Assembly: GCA_043228905.1 (NCBI GenBank)
Contig: JBHGNT010000012.1
Location: 10,912,001 to 10,976,000, forward strand
Length of the DNA stretch: 64,000 nucleotides
Reading direction: 5' to 3'
Source of the DNA: Azolla caroliniana
Lineage: Eukaryota > Plantae > Polypodiophyta
Positions 34,514-45,535 of the stretch are shown here, piece after piece. The position numbers and the translations under genes were made by a program. Every line of letters starts with the position of its first letter. The stretch's first letter is position 1. The notes under the pieces were generated by a model. The model did not search any database, was not told where the DNA came from, and was given only the letters and a program-made list of their open reading frames with translations.

Positions 34514-37500
34514 TTACATAGCAATCAATTCATCAACGTCATTTTCTTCATCATCTTGTGTAGAACTGTCTTCGGCTATACGTGCATTGGTTTCCCCTGT
34601 TAGCCGAGCCAACGAAATATCTTCTATAAGCTCATCATCAAGCTCTATTAGCTCCCCCGGTTCGCCGGCTAACGGAGGAATAGGCTCTCGCGAAGCAGGT
34701 TGAAACCTTTCTGTATTGGCGAGGTTCTTTGCACCGACCTCCTCATCCTGGTCTGGGCACTCCCACAAAGCCTTAATCCGCATATTAATAAATATAACTT
34801 GGTCCTCGTCCTTCTCCAATGCAATTGTATTTCTAAACAGCTTCAATGCACATGCTGACATAGTTCCTGTGATGTAAGTAACAAGAAGATTTAGTTGTCA
34901 AACGAAAAAAAAGTGATTGGTTATCTCAAGATCGTTACCCTAGTTCAAGGAATACCTGTGCCAGAAAAGAGATCTAATATCCAGTCTCCTTCGACAAAAA
35001 ACATCTCGATCAAGCGCATCATAAGTCGTTGAGGTTTTTGGTATGGGTTGACAAGTCCCCGTTCTATCGTGGTGACATGTCGCAATTTCCGTGTCACTGC
35101 TGGATATACCAACAGATTTGAACCTCCCACTTCATTAGAATGCTCTTTGATTCTCTGCTTCTTAATTTCATCGAAGTAGCCAATCGTTATGTATTCAATG
35201 GCATTAACGAACCGAAAAGTTGGCCCTCTATTTACATTGGTCTTGATCCTATAAAAAATAATTCAGCGAGTTAAGAATAGATTCAACAACCTTAAGAAAT
35301 GCAATATAGTGAAAGACACCTATAAATAATCCTTACCATGCAAGGTTCTCGATGCCATGGCAACGAGATCTCAAAGCTTGAGCTACCGAGTACCCTTGGT
35401 CCATACTATGAAAGACAACTATTCGCCACAAGGATGCGGTCGTTAGCTCAGCGAAATCCTTGACCATCTTCTCCAATTGTTTAAACCTAAACGGTTCATC
35501 TTCGTATGATGACCCAGCCATTCGAAATCCGTAAGGAATATCCGCAATCATTAGCGTATATTCCTTCTTTGGCACCTTCTGGATCAAGTCGATGACATCA
35601 CCGCAAACCACATTGTAGTAAAGATCTCTCGTAATATCTTTTTTGTGGCTAAATTTTTTAAAGGAGCCATCTTCCTCCATTTTGTACGCCTTGACTAAGC
35701 GACGATCCTTTTCTTTTCTGGCTCGCTCGAGATGTGCAAGGAAGGATGTAGGGAAATCGTGTATATCCTTAACTTCTCCTTGTTTCTTGCCTTGACACGG
35801 TTTCTAATAGAAGCAATAGGACATCAGGTATTATTATACAAGCTCTACATATGATGAAAGGGTAATGAAAAAACATGAATACTAACCCAATCCTTGAATG
35901 CAATAAAATACTCTGATAACGCCTTATACGAAGACGTTAGAGGATAATCCTCGGTCACTTGTTCCCAAGTTATACATCCAAGTTGTTTCATCATAACTTC
36001 TTGGATCTTCATGTACACCTTATGACTGTAAAATTAGAAATCAAGATTAGAACTTTGAATTACACCAGATAGACTACAATTTCAGTATTTGAAAGACTTA
36101 CTTATTGAACTCAGTGACCATTTCTTCAAGGCTTAAATCTTTCGCCACAACCCTTGACAAAACCGACACAAGAAGCTGCTCGTCCTTAATACCTTGCATC
36201 GCTCTCCATAGAGACAGCTTCATGTCATCTGCCGCTTCTTCAATTGTCAAGTCAATTTTCTTGGCGGCTTGTGACTTTAACTCTAGTTGAGGGTCAACCC
36301 TACATTTCTTTTGTCGTTGACCCTTTACCTCCTTATTCTCCCACATTGAGAAGATTTGATCTTGTAGGTCCCATACTTCTCCATCTCTAAACGCCAATTG
36401 AAACCAAGACTCATACTTTCGAAGACCATCGGACCTAACATTATCATCTACCACAATGCCGACTTCATGCAGACATTGACGTCGAAGGCCTGGATGTAAC
36501 TTCACACCAAACTTTTGTTTCACGTCTAAATACTCGTGGTGGAAGAACCGTATACGCTCAATGGACGACATTTTCTACCTATAGTCATTATCATTATTAT
36601 GGTCCCATGCCAACAGCTTAGCCTCTTCGGTTGTGAGCCCAACATAAATTTTGCACTCGGCATACTTGAAGAAGAAAGTGGTTGGATGTTCTCTCACAAG
36701 TTGCCGACGTGCCTCTGCTGAATGCAATCCACCAATGACAAAATAATTATATTGATCATGCTTTCTAATATCAAAATCTTCAATGGTTTCACATTCTTCA
36801 GGATCTACCATAACAATAAAAGGCACCACAGTGGCATGAGGATTAATTTTCATTTTTTTCTTGAGATTTTGAACATGCATGCGGTGAGGCTCTCTAATCT
36901 CAAGTGGTCTTCGACCTGTTTTTTCATCAATAGGGGGCCGATGGATGTGTGTTATAGGCAAATTAAACACTTGCCCTTTCCTGACCAGTTTCCGTTGCAT
37001 TAACTCTCTCCTTATTTTATTCTGCTCGGATGACAAAACATCTGAGGCCAGCTCAGCTCCTGGCGTCCCCTTATTATCCTCCTCTTCGTTTTCACTTGTT
37101 GAATCCGTATCCGACATTTTGGTTGTCTTCTTCTTTGGTGGTCTTGACTGGACTTTGGATACCCTTTTTGTGGCCTTCAATGGGGAGGGCACTTCATCTC
37201 TTAGAGTTACATGGCCTTGTATATAAGGCCTCAAGGTAACAATAAGGTTTTGTGAGCTATCAAGTGCTTTTTTGAACGCTTTTGGCCCACAAGATTCCTT
37301 TACTAAAAGGTCTTCTGAAAGGAACACTTTACGTACCCCCTTGGAGCACTCTATCATTACCAGTATGTTGGCCGAATCTGCATCTTCGTAGTCAAATCGT
37401 AGAATACGGCCATACATAAGTTAGGTAATCACGTATTTAAGAAAGTATATGCAAAAACATAAGTTAGGTAATCACGTAGATTAAGGTTGTATATTAACAT

Positions 37501-38392
37501 GAAGAACAGTTCCCAGTAGCAGTCCTATATTCAAAAATCTATTATAGGCAGGGCTATTCAACCTAGAAAATATATATCGTAATAAGTAAACAGGGTTATT
37601 TATTCTTTTAAATAGTAGGTATGACTTATATAGATTCCAAACCTATATTGAGGAGAATTTGCTATCGTAAAGGCAATTTGTGGATCCTTTTCTACTATTT
37701 TAAGCTAAAGTAGGTCATAAAACACCTATAATTAGAGCATGTTTTTTTTCTGAAGGAAAGTCAACATAAAAAAGACTGATTTTGCTAGACAATTTGATAT
37801 CTTTTCCACCCCATAATTATTTGTTACCCCAAAAACACAATTTTTCTCTCTCAAAGCCTTCTTATATACAAGAACTCGATACGGCGTATCGAGTTCCTGT
37901 TTAAAACCTACACTTTAAACAGGAACTCGATACGGCGTATCGAGTTCCTGTTTAAAATTCAAACTTTAAACACGAACTCGATACGCCGTATCGAGTTCGT
38001 GTTTAAAGTGTAGGTTTTAAACACGAACTCAATACGGCGCCGTATCGAGTTCGTGTTTAAAGTGTAGGTTTTAAACAGGAACTCGATACGCCGTATCGAG
38101 TTCGTGTTTAATGTTTAGGTTTTAAACAGGAACTCGATACGCCGTATCGAGTTCCTGTTTAAAGTGTAGGTTTTAAACAGGAACTCGATACGCCGTATCG
38201 AGGTCCTGTATAAAAAGCAAAAACAAATTATGAACTTGATACGTTGTATCGAGTTCATGTATAAAGTTTGTATTGTATACATGAACTCGATACGGCGTAT
38301 CGAGTTCTTGAGAAACGAAACATATTTACAAAAATGTCCACAGTGTCAGAGGCCTACCTGGAGTCCTCGCGCTCGATTCTCTTTGAAGACAT
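34514..38392 (-). CDS. Spliced ParB-like domain plus beta-class N4C/N6A DNA methyltransferase, copy 2. Exons: 38392-38358, 37417-36102, 36025-35887, 35803-35337, 35248-34956, 34866-34514. Damaged by one TAG at 36577 and a deletion at the exon 2 start
   Basis: Introns 2-5 are GT-AG, 76-89 nt, and keep frame; the exon 1 donor is in phase with the copy 1 exon 2 acceptor. The spliced protein contains VVCGDVIDLI..LMIADIPYG (motif IV), AWIKTN..AIEYI, NPYQKPQRLMMRLIE and WILDLFSGTGTMSACALKLFRNTIALEKD (motif I). The N-terminal part has LPITHI..R..HVQNLKKKM..PFIVMV..YFVIGGLHSAEA (ParB/Srx-like). TATA box on the minus strand at ~38542. Confidence 0.88.
37872..38307. repeat. Nine palindromic units GAACTCGATACG(G/C)CGTATCGAGTTC at a 51-bp period, in intron 1 of the methyltransferase gene
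   Basis: Units start at 37872, 37923, 37974, 38025, 38079, 38130, 38181, 38232 and 38283. Arms extend into TTTAAACAG/CTGTTTAAA. Confidence 0.95.
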
Positions 38393-39244
38393 GGTTGATC
38401 GTGTGGAAGTGGAGGCGGAGATCGCGCTTTCGTGCTTTGTGCTCTGTGTGCTTTGTGTGCTTTGTGTGCTCTCTACGTTCTGTGTGCTCTGTACGCTCTG
38501 TACGCTCTGGTGAGTGAAATATGACGAGGTCTTCCTATTTATAGGGATTGAACACATTGGTTAAAGTAACCATAGTCACCTTAACCAAGGTTGGTAACTT
38601 TGAGGATAGTTAGTTGGTAACCATAGTCACATTAACTAGAGTAACTTATGATTGTATTAATGATTACAAAGTCAAACTAACATATTGATCAATCTTTTAT
38701 AGTCATAACAACCTACAATGACTTCAAAGGTTATAAAGGAGACAATGATAGAGGTTCATGAATGTACCAATGATTGATTACTAAAAGCAACAAATTTTAT
38801 GACTCTCAAATGCTATGTATTAAAGATGTTGGCATGAATTAACCAATGATTGATAAGTCTAATATTTAAAATGGTGAGCATTAAAGAACCAATGAGTGAG
38901 ACGTTCTATATCAGAATGGGTGCCATTAATTAGCCAATGATTTTAACATTAATCCAACATATTCATGGCTTGTTAATGATTAGTTTTATATTTTACTTGA
39001 TTTAACTTCATATAGATCTAGTTTATATAATAATTGATATTTTAAGTACAATTACTTTATTAAAAATATTTTTTTGATGTATTGTATTAATAGAATATTA
39101 CATAATATAGACATTCTATTGATTTGACTTTTGTTTAGAGAGAAGTTTATGCTTAGAGGGGAGTATATGTTTAGAGAGGAGCTTATTAGTTTTTTTCCTT
39201 ACCCTAAGCACATAACTTAGAGAGCCCTATCTAGACCTTAAGCC

Positions 39245-42025
39245 ATGAGTGAAGATTCACCGTTCTCGATTGAAGAATATTGTTTGTCATCAGACACATC
39301 GTTTTCTACTGAAGAGTATTGTTTGTCAACAGAGTCACCATATTCGATTGAAGAATATTGTCTATCGACCGACTCACCATATTCTATCGAAGAATATTGT
39401 CTGAGCTCATCTACAGGGAATGTAAATAATGACACATGTGAAGAGTTCTCTATTGAAGAATACGATATTAATAAAGATACCGAGAATGAAGGAAGTGCCC
39501 AGGAAACATTGAATAACATTGGCGATGGTCACAACAGAGAATTAGACTGTAACAAGGTTACACCAACCTCTATGTAGGAAGAGAAATCTGGGAGCCCTAT
39601 GCATATTAGAAGAATCCCACGAAGAATTCGTCTGGCTAGATTTAGCTTGGTGACATCAGATAAACAGATTGGATTTGATGTCAACAAAATATGTTGTGCC
39701 CGTGGTTGTATGTCTATGATTGGAAAATCAAAGTTGCGAGAATTAAGGCGATACTATTTTTCGATGATCGGTGATGAGCAAGACACTTACCTCGGGTCAC
39801 ATATGCAACTAGTATCTGACAAATGTACGGGGATCAAAGTATCATTCGAGTATTATATCTTCCATGCACAACAGATATGTAGAGTTGCATTCAAAATTGC
39901 GTTATGTGTTAGTAACATGCGGCTACATAGAGTACAACAACGTCTACTTAGCGGGGATCAGATGCTCAATTGTAAAGAGGTTCCAAGTATGAAAGGTGCA
40001 ATTGGAAGACTAGCTATTGGCTGGATGAAAACTTACTTTCAGTTAAATTGTGAAGTAATGCCCACTACAGGTAGGATGCATCTTTCTGATAATTATACAC
40101 GTCGGGAAGTTTATGATGTCTATCGATCTGATATGTTGGGCTCACGTAATAAGTCTATCACCTATAGCCAATTCACAAGATTATGGAGAGCTTGGTTTTC
40201 AAATGTTATTATTCCTCGTAAAGTACGTATGGGGTATTGCTCCATTTGTGCAAATCTTAAAAGTTTGGCTAAAGGTGCAAAGACATCAATGGAAAAGGAT
40301 ACGAGTAAGAAGTTACTACAAGAGCATCGTGAGGCACAATCCTTAGAACGAAGGAAGGTGATGCATCATAGAGAGAAGTGTTTGAAGAGGCCCGAACAAT
40401 ACATGTGCTTAATGATAGATGGCATGGACCAGAAGAAGACATGCTTGTCGCATATGCGGAGGCTCCCCAAAGATGTCAATGATGAGTGCCTTGTTCAAAT
40501 GCACTTGGTGGGATGCTTGGCTTATAATAGGTCTGTTCGACCTCACGTCTTCATTACTTACCCCAATGTTCACAATGACCCTAACCTAACAATTACAGTG
40601 ATTCACCGAGTTTTGATGTCTTGGGGACAACCTTTCCCCCTTGTTCTATACATTCAATTGGACAATACTGCTAGAGAGAACAAAAATTCAACTGTATTTG
40701 GCTATCTAAGTATGTTGGTCAACCTAGAATTGTTTAGGAAAGTGAAAGTCAATTTCCTTTTGGTTGGCCACACACATGACCATATAGATCAGATGTTTAG
40801 CACATTCTCCAGACAGTTGTCTCGGCATGATGCTTTCACTTTACCTAAACTATTTGATGTCATTTGTGATGCTTATACACCACGCCCAAAAGTGTTACAC
40901 TTGAAGGAGGTATATGACTTTAAGAGATATATATTAGATGGGGGTGGTGGGAATGTTAAAGTGCTTGCTCAGTTAAACAATATAAGTTTCAATCACATTT
41001 TTTTGATAAAGAAAAATGGAATAAGTGGTTCTACACTTTTGTATGCTAAACAATATTCATCTTCTACAACATGGGAACCTGAAGGTGGTTGCCAGTTATT
41101 ACTTTGTATGCCGAGTACAATTGTCCATGGAGCTAGGCAAATGCCAATTGAGAAGAAAGGACAGTTGCAGAGCGACTTGGTATCAGAACAAAAACGGTCA
41201 TGGCTCCAAGCCTTAGAAGAAAAAAGAAAGCATATTGAGGCCGCCAAGAAATATGCCGCACAACAAGACACGTCATGGTGGGATGTATTTTATAGTGATC
41301 AAAAAGAAATTATAGACAATTGTGTATCTGTTGATAATTGGAATTTGGAAACGCCATTCACATGGTCGCTGCAACATGATCGCGTAAATAGAAGTCCGGA
41401 GCAACTAGTAAATGCGATTAATGACAGCTTGGTCCATCCACAACAAAGAGACATTTATGTGGGACCAAGGATGACGAAAGCAGCCGAAGCTAGATAGCAA
41501 GGAAATTTGCAAGAGCTCACCGCGGGGATGTTGATTGCAATGTCGGCTGATGAGAACTCACATGGCCACCAATTTTGGGTTGGTAAAATTCTAGAAGTGC
41601 TAATGCATGAAATAGAAAACACGATCAAGTCTATAAATGTTCATTGGTACAACACTAGAAGTACAAATGCTTTTACAGGTAAGTATACATTGGAGATGAT
41701 TGAATGCCAAACAAGAAGGGGAGGTAGGAAAAGGAAGCGAAACATTCGTAACACCTCGACCCTTGATATCTCTGATGTGGATATCATCGTGTACGACTTC
41801 ACACTTACAAAAGCCGAACGATTAAGGAAGTCAACAATAGATATAATAAAAGAAAAATTACCAAGTCTACAAGGTGGCTCGAGTCAAAGGCAAACGAGAT
41901 TTGCTACATATAATCTAGAGTCAAACCATTTGGTTTATGACGAAGATAATGCACTGATTGGTACATCCGAGGATGATGAGGAGGAATCGTCATTGTATAT
42001 TAGTTATAGTAGTGATTCTCCGTAA
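39245..42025 (+). CDS. Sola1-like (DUF7869-type) DDD transposase, ~926 codons with two in-frame TAGs (39575 and 41495)
   Basis: The three ORF segments share one frame. Motifs: CCARGC, C..AF, YSQFTRLW, CSIC, LMIDGMDQ, YIQLDNTARENKN and FLLVGHTHDHIDQMFS. Flanked by TIRs and a 4-bp TSD as in Sola elements. The superfamily call rests on motif recall. Confidence 0.85.
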
Positions 42026-42347
42026 AGGAGTGATCGTGAATGTATATTTGGCTATTAAGTGTAACTACATTCCGCTTGTAACAAATCGAGTAATATAAAA
42101 TCATGTGTTTTGAATTCTTATGATTTCTAAAAAATCGTTTCTTATAAAATAACATTGGTTGTAAAGTTTGTGATATAAATTGAGAATGTATCTTTTTGAA
42201 ATTCGTCTTTTTTTAGTTACTTCTAAATCACGAAAATAGTGGATTTTTAACCTTTTTCATAGTATGTTTGAACATGTATGATACTGGTATCAATGTGTTT
42301 TGTAAAATCATTGAAAAACCCCTAAAATTTCCCTTATCCTTCCATTT

Positions 42348-42383
42348 ATGCGCGATCCTTCCACTTGTGAACGCGAACATGTT
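42348..42383 (-). repeat. Right TIR of copy 2
   Basis: Reverse complement of 33468-33503. Confidence 0.95.
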
Positions 42384-42387
42384 CTCT

Positions 42388-43916
42388 TGGGTCTTACATC
42401 GGTTAATGCCCAAGTCTCTAGAACTAATGCGGGGAAAGGCTCTTCATGGCCATTCACCATCTTCGCCTTGACGTCATTTTCCATAGCTATCTCTTCAAAC
42501 TCATGGGCCTCGTACCCATCGATCCTTATTATTGAGCAATCCTTTATTTTGCTTCTCTCTTCGTCGCATGTGTTATCTTCGACCATCGGTTCTTCGCCAT
42601 CACTTCCCGTCTCTTGGGTCTTACATCGGTTCTCGGACGCAATTGCCCAAGTCTCTGGAACAAGTGTGGAGAAAATTTGACTGTTGTCATTAGCTGTATT
42701 ATCTTGGTCCTTCTCTTCCTTTTCGCCACCATCCGTCTCTTGAGTCTCACGTTGGTTCTCGGACACAACTACCCAAGTCTCTAGATGAAGTGTTAGGATA
42801 GTCTCCACATGACCATCCGCCATAGACTCGTTCATAGCCATCTCCGACTCGATTTCGTTTTTCGTGGCTATCTCTTCAATCTCATGGGCCTCGTACCCAT
42901 TGACCTTCTTGATCGAGCAAGCTTTGATTATCCTTCTCTCTTCGTCGCATGTATTCTTTTCGACCTTCGGCTCCTCGCCGACACCTTCCGTCTCTTGGGT
43001 CTCACGTTGGTTCTTTGACGCAACTGCCCAAGTCTCTGGAGCATGTGTGGAGAAAATCCGGCCATGGTCATTGTCAACGCTTGTTATCTTGTTTATAGTC
43101 ACCTCCTCGATGTCGTCTTTAGCGGCTAGATCCGCAATTACACTAGCCTCGCTCTCTTTATCTCCATTGATGCACGCTTCGATTTGGCTTGTTCCATCAT
43201 CCGTTGTTTCGAACATGAAACATGTTCCGAAAACATTCGACCTCCTTTGAAATGGCCATCATCGTCCTCGAGTCATCATCAATCTTCTTTTCATGTTGGA
43301 TGCGTTGTTTAGGCGTCACGACTTCTTTAGATGGTTTTGATTTTTCTCCACTTGGTCTTACCAAGTCAATATCATCGAGCCATCGATGACGCCTGTCGAT
43401 CTTGTTGCATGCTTGCTTCACCGCAACCCAGTCCACCACAAGCCCGTTCGCTTCGGTATCATCTTCGAGGAGATTCCCCAACTCTCGTATATCCTTCATG
43501 TCCATAGCTTTCAAGAAGTACAAAGTTTTGTCTTCCTCAAGTAGCACTTGGTCCATGGCGGGGAGACGACCAAACATCTGGTCGAACTCGTCGTATACCC
43601 TCGAGATGCTCATCTTCTTATTTTTCTTCTCTATCCATTTCATGAGGACATGTCGAGTCATCCTTGTCGAGTCTTCAGTCGCGAACCCCGCTAATATCGG
43701 TTTCTCGAACTCAAACCATGTTGTCTTACCTTATTGAATCTCGATGATGCGTCTTTGGATGTTGTTGGAAATAAGTCTCTTGAAGCTTGCGATTTGAAGT
43801 GCTTCGGACACGTCCCTTTGATTCATCGCCCTTATATATGCATCAAGGAACTTCGTAATGTTCCTTCCGTCGAATTGACCCTCGAGCTCTACGACACGGT
43901 CAACGGCCTTCTCCAC
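42388..43916 (-). pseudogene. gag-like ORF of element F followed by acidic peptide repeats (..PETWA.ASENQRETQET..), continuing at 33463-32995
   Basis: QFDGRNITKFLDAY gag N-terminus; repeated ETW..NRCKTQE units on both sides of the DNA transposon; no pol motifs. Confidence 0.7.
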
Positions 43917-44073
43917 GCTCGTAACGTTGTCTCAAGATCTCATCATTTGTTCAACGATCAACATCATCCTTTCAAAGTCTCCCGCTTCATTCCTTGAGGA
44001 CGTCATCTCCAAGTATTGGTCTCGACTTGATCCTTCCTAACGCCTCTTTCACTTCGGGTTCACCACTTAAATA

Positions 44074-45535
44074 TGTCGTGAAGATCCGTCACTAAGCGCG
44101 GATCGTGAGCCAGAACCACCAGGGTCCTGGACTAGAAGGATTCGAAGTTGGCACAAGCTTTACCGAGAAAGTGTTTAAGATAGATTGAGAGAGAGAGAAA
44201 TTGAGATTAAACGCTTGACTTTAGATTGAGAGAGATTGAAATGGAGAGAGAGATTAAGATTGAACTTTTAACTTTTAGATTTAAGACACAAGATATATCA
44301 TCAATTGGATGACGAATTTTCTTCTTATTGAATTCTTGAATAGTACATCAATACCCTTTTGATCTTTTTCATCCACTCTTTTATAGATGCTCCCATGCAT
44401 ATGATGCATGTGAGGGTACGAGACATGCACACAATGCATGGAATGCATGTGATGCATGTGGGCCATTTGGCGCTCATGCATCACATGTCACTCAATCAAG
44501 CTCTAATATGAGAATTTACATGTAAAAGTATAATGATAGGAAATATAATCCCTAAAGAAATTATTTGGCTTAATGGTAAGCATATTGCTTCCTATCTTGG
44601 AGGTGCTAAGTTCGAGTCTTGCTTACATCTTTGTTTTTTATGCACAAAAACTATTAGGCTTTTGGACCAAATATCTTTAAGACATCATGCACGACGATCA
44701 ACCGACCCGACCGATCCGTCCGATTTGTATCCGTTCGGTCTGGCCCGGTTCGATCCGCATCCCGAGGTCGTCGGATGCCAGTCACCGTACGTCACCGGTT
44801 TCGTCGCACCATACGTCACCGGTTTCGTCGCACCGTCCATCGCACTGTCCGTCGCCAGATGCCGGTCATTGTCCCTCGTCGGATTCGTCGACGGTTCCAT
44901 CACCGGATGTTGTTCATTGTCCGTCACCGGATGCCGGTTACTAGTTGCCGGTTCCGTCACCAGATACCGTTCATTGGTCATCGGTTCCTTCGCCGGATGT
45001 CGTTCACCAATCGCCAGTTCCGTCACCGAATGTCGTCACCGTCATCGGTTGCCAGATCCATCCGGTCACCGGTTGCATCCGGTTGCCGGCTCCATCCGGT
45101 TTCCGATTATGTCATCGATCGGTTTGAGTTTCTTCAACAGCCGGTTCGGGCACTTAGCCACATATGTCCATCTAGACAAATGTGGCTTAAGTCCAACTAT
45201 TTTTTATGTGCTCTTAACACATAGATAAAATATGATAGATCTCAATCTGCTTATATAGTTGGAGCCTAAACTCTTCCTATCTATGTGGGATATTTCACAG
45301 TTTTATTTTTCTCTTTTTCTTTTGCAAAACTTTATACGCACATAACTTGACATTTAGATGTCTGTTTCTTATGTAGTAAAGTGCATTCGAAAGCTCTTCA
45401 TGACCTCCATCTTTTTGTACTAAGCTATTAAACTTATTTAAAATAGTATTTTCACTATTATTGTTTTATATGATTCATACTCGATTTCGTATGTTTTATG
45501 TGATTTTCACATCATTGTCGAAAATCTTCACAACA
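44074..45535 (-). repeat. 5' LTR of element F, with GC-rich CCGGT/CGTCACC microrepeats at ~44700-45110
   Basis: Terminal inverted repeats; ~45070-45535 matches ~32415-32874. Confidence 0.85.
44566..44622 (+). promoter_or_regulatory. tRNA-like A/B-box cassette, antisense in U3 of element F
   Basis: TGGCTTAATGG, 32 nt, AGTTCGAGTCT; D-stem GCTT/AAGC, anticodon-like stem CTTCC/GGAGG and T-stem AAG/CTT. Confidence 0.55.

Larger units (their letters stand above)
33468..42383 (+). mobile_element. Copy 2 (full length, 8916 bp): Sola1-like TIR DNA transposon with divergent transposase and ParB-methyltransferase genes
   Basis: 36-bp TIRs at 33468-33503 and 42348-42383 (consensus AACACGTTCGCGTTCACAAGTGGAAGGATCGCGCA). 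TSD CTCT at 33464-33467 and 42384-42387. The empty-site motif CCGTCTCTTGGGTC recurs in F at ~42607 and ~42988. Confidence 0.95.
32277..45535 (-). mobile_element. Element F: gag-only (pol-less) LTR retrotransposon with a 1.46-kb LTR and tRNA-Trp PBS; hosts copy 2 of the DNA transposon
   Basis: 5' LTR at 45535-44074 with terminal inverted repeat TGTYGTGAAGAT; truncated 3' LTR at 32874-~32277; PPT at 32875-32887; PBS TGGTGAACCCGAAGTGAA at 44065-44048. Confidence 0.85.

Noticed and set aside
37872-38307. CRISPR array
   Set aside because: The linkers are near-constant and themselves part of the palindrome rather than unique spacers; there are no cas genes, and the array lies inside a eukaryotic intron.
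34514-38392. Bacterial contamination or a restriction-modification operon
   Set aside because: The gene has phase-correct spliceosomal introns, lies between TIRs inside plant retrotransposons, and has no restriction endonuclease partner.
44533-45228. 231-aa ORF (and the 192-aa ORF at 32029-32607)
   Set aside because: These arise from GC-rich microrepeats within the F LTRs and are not colinear between the two LTRs at protein level.
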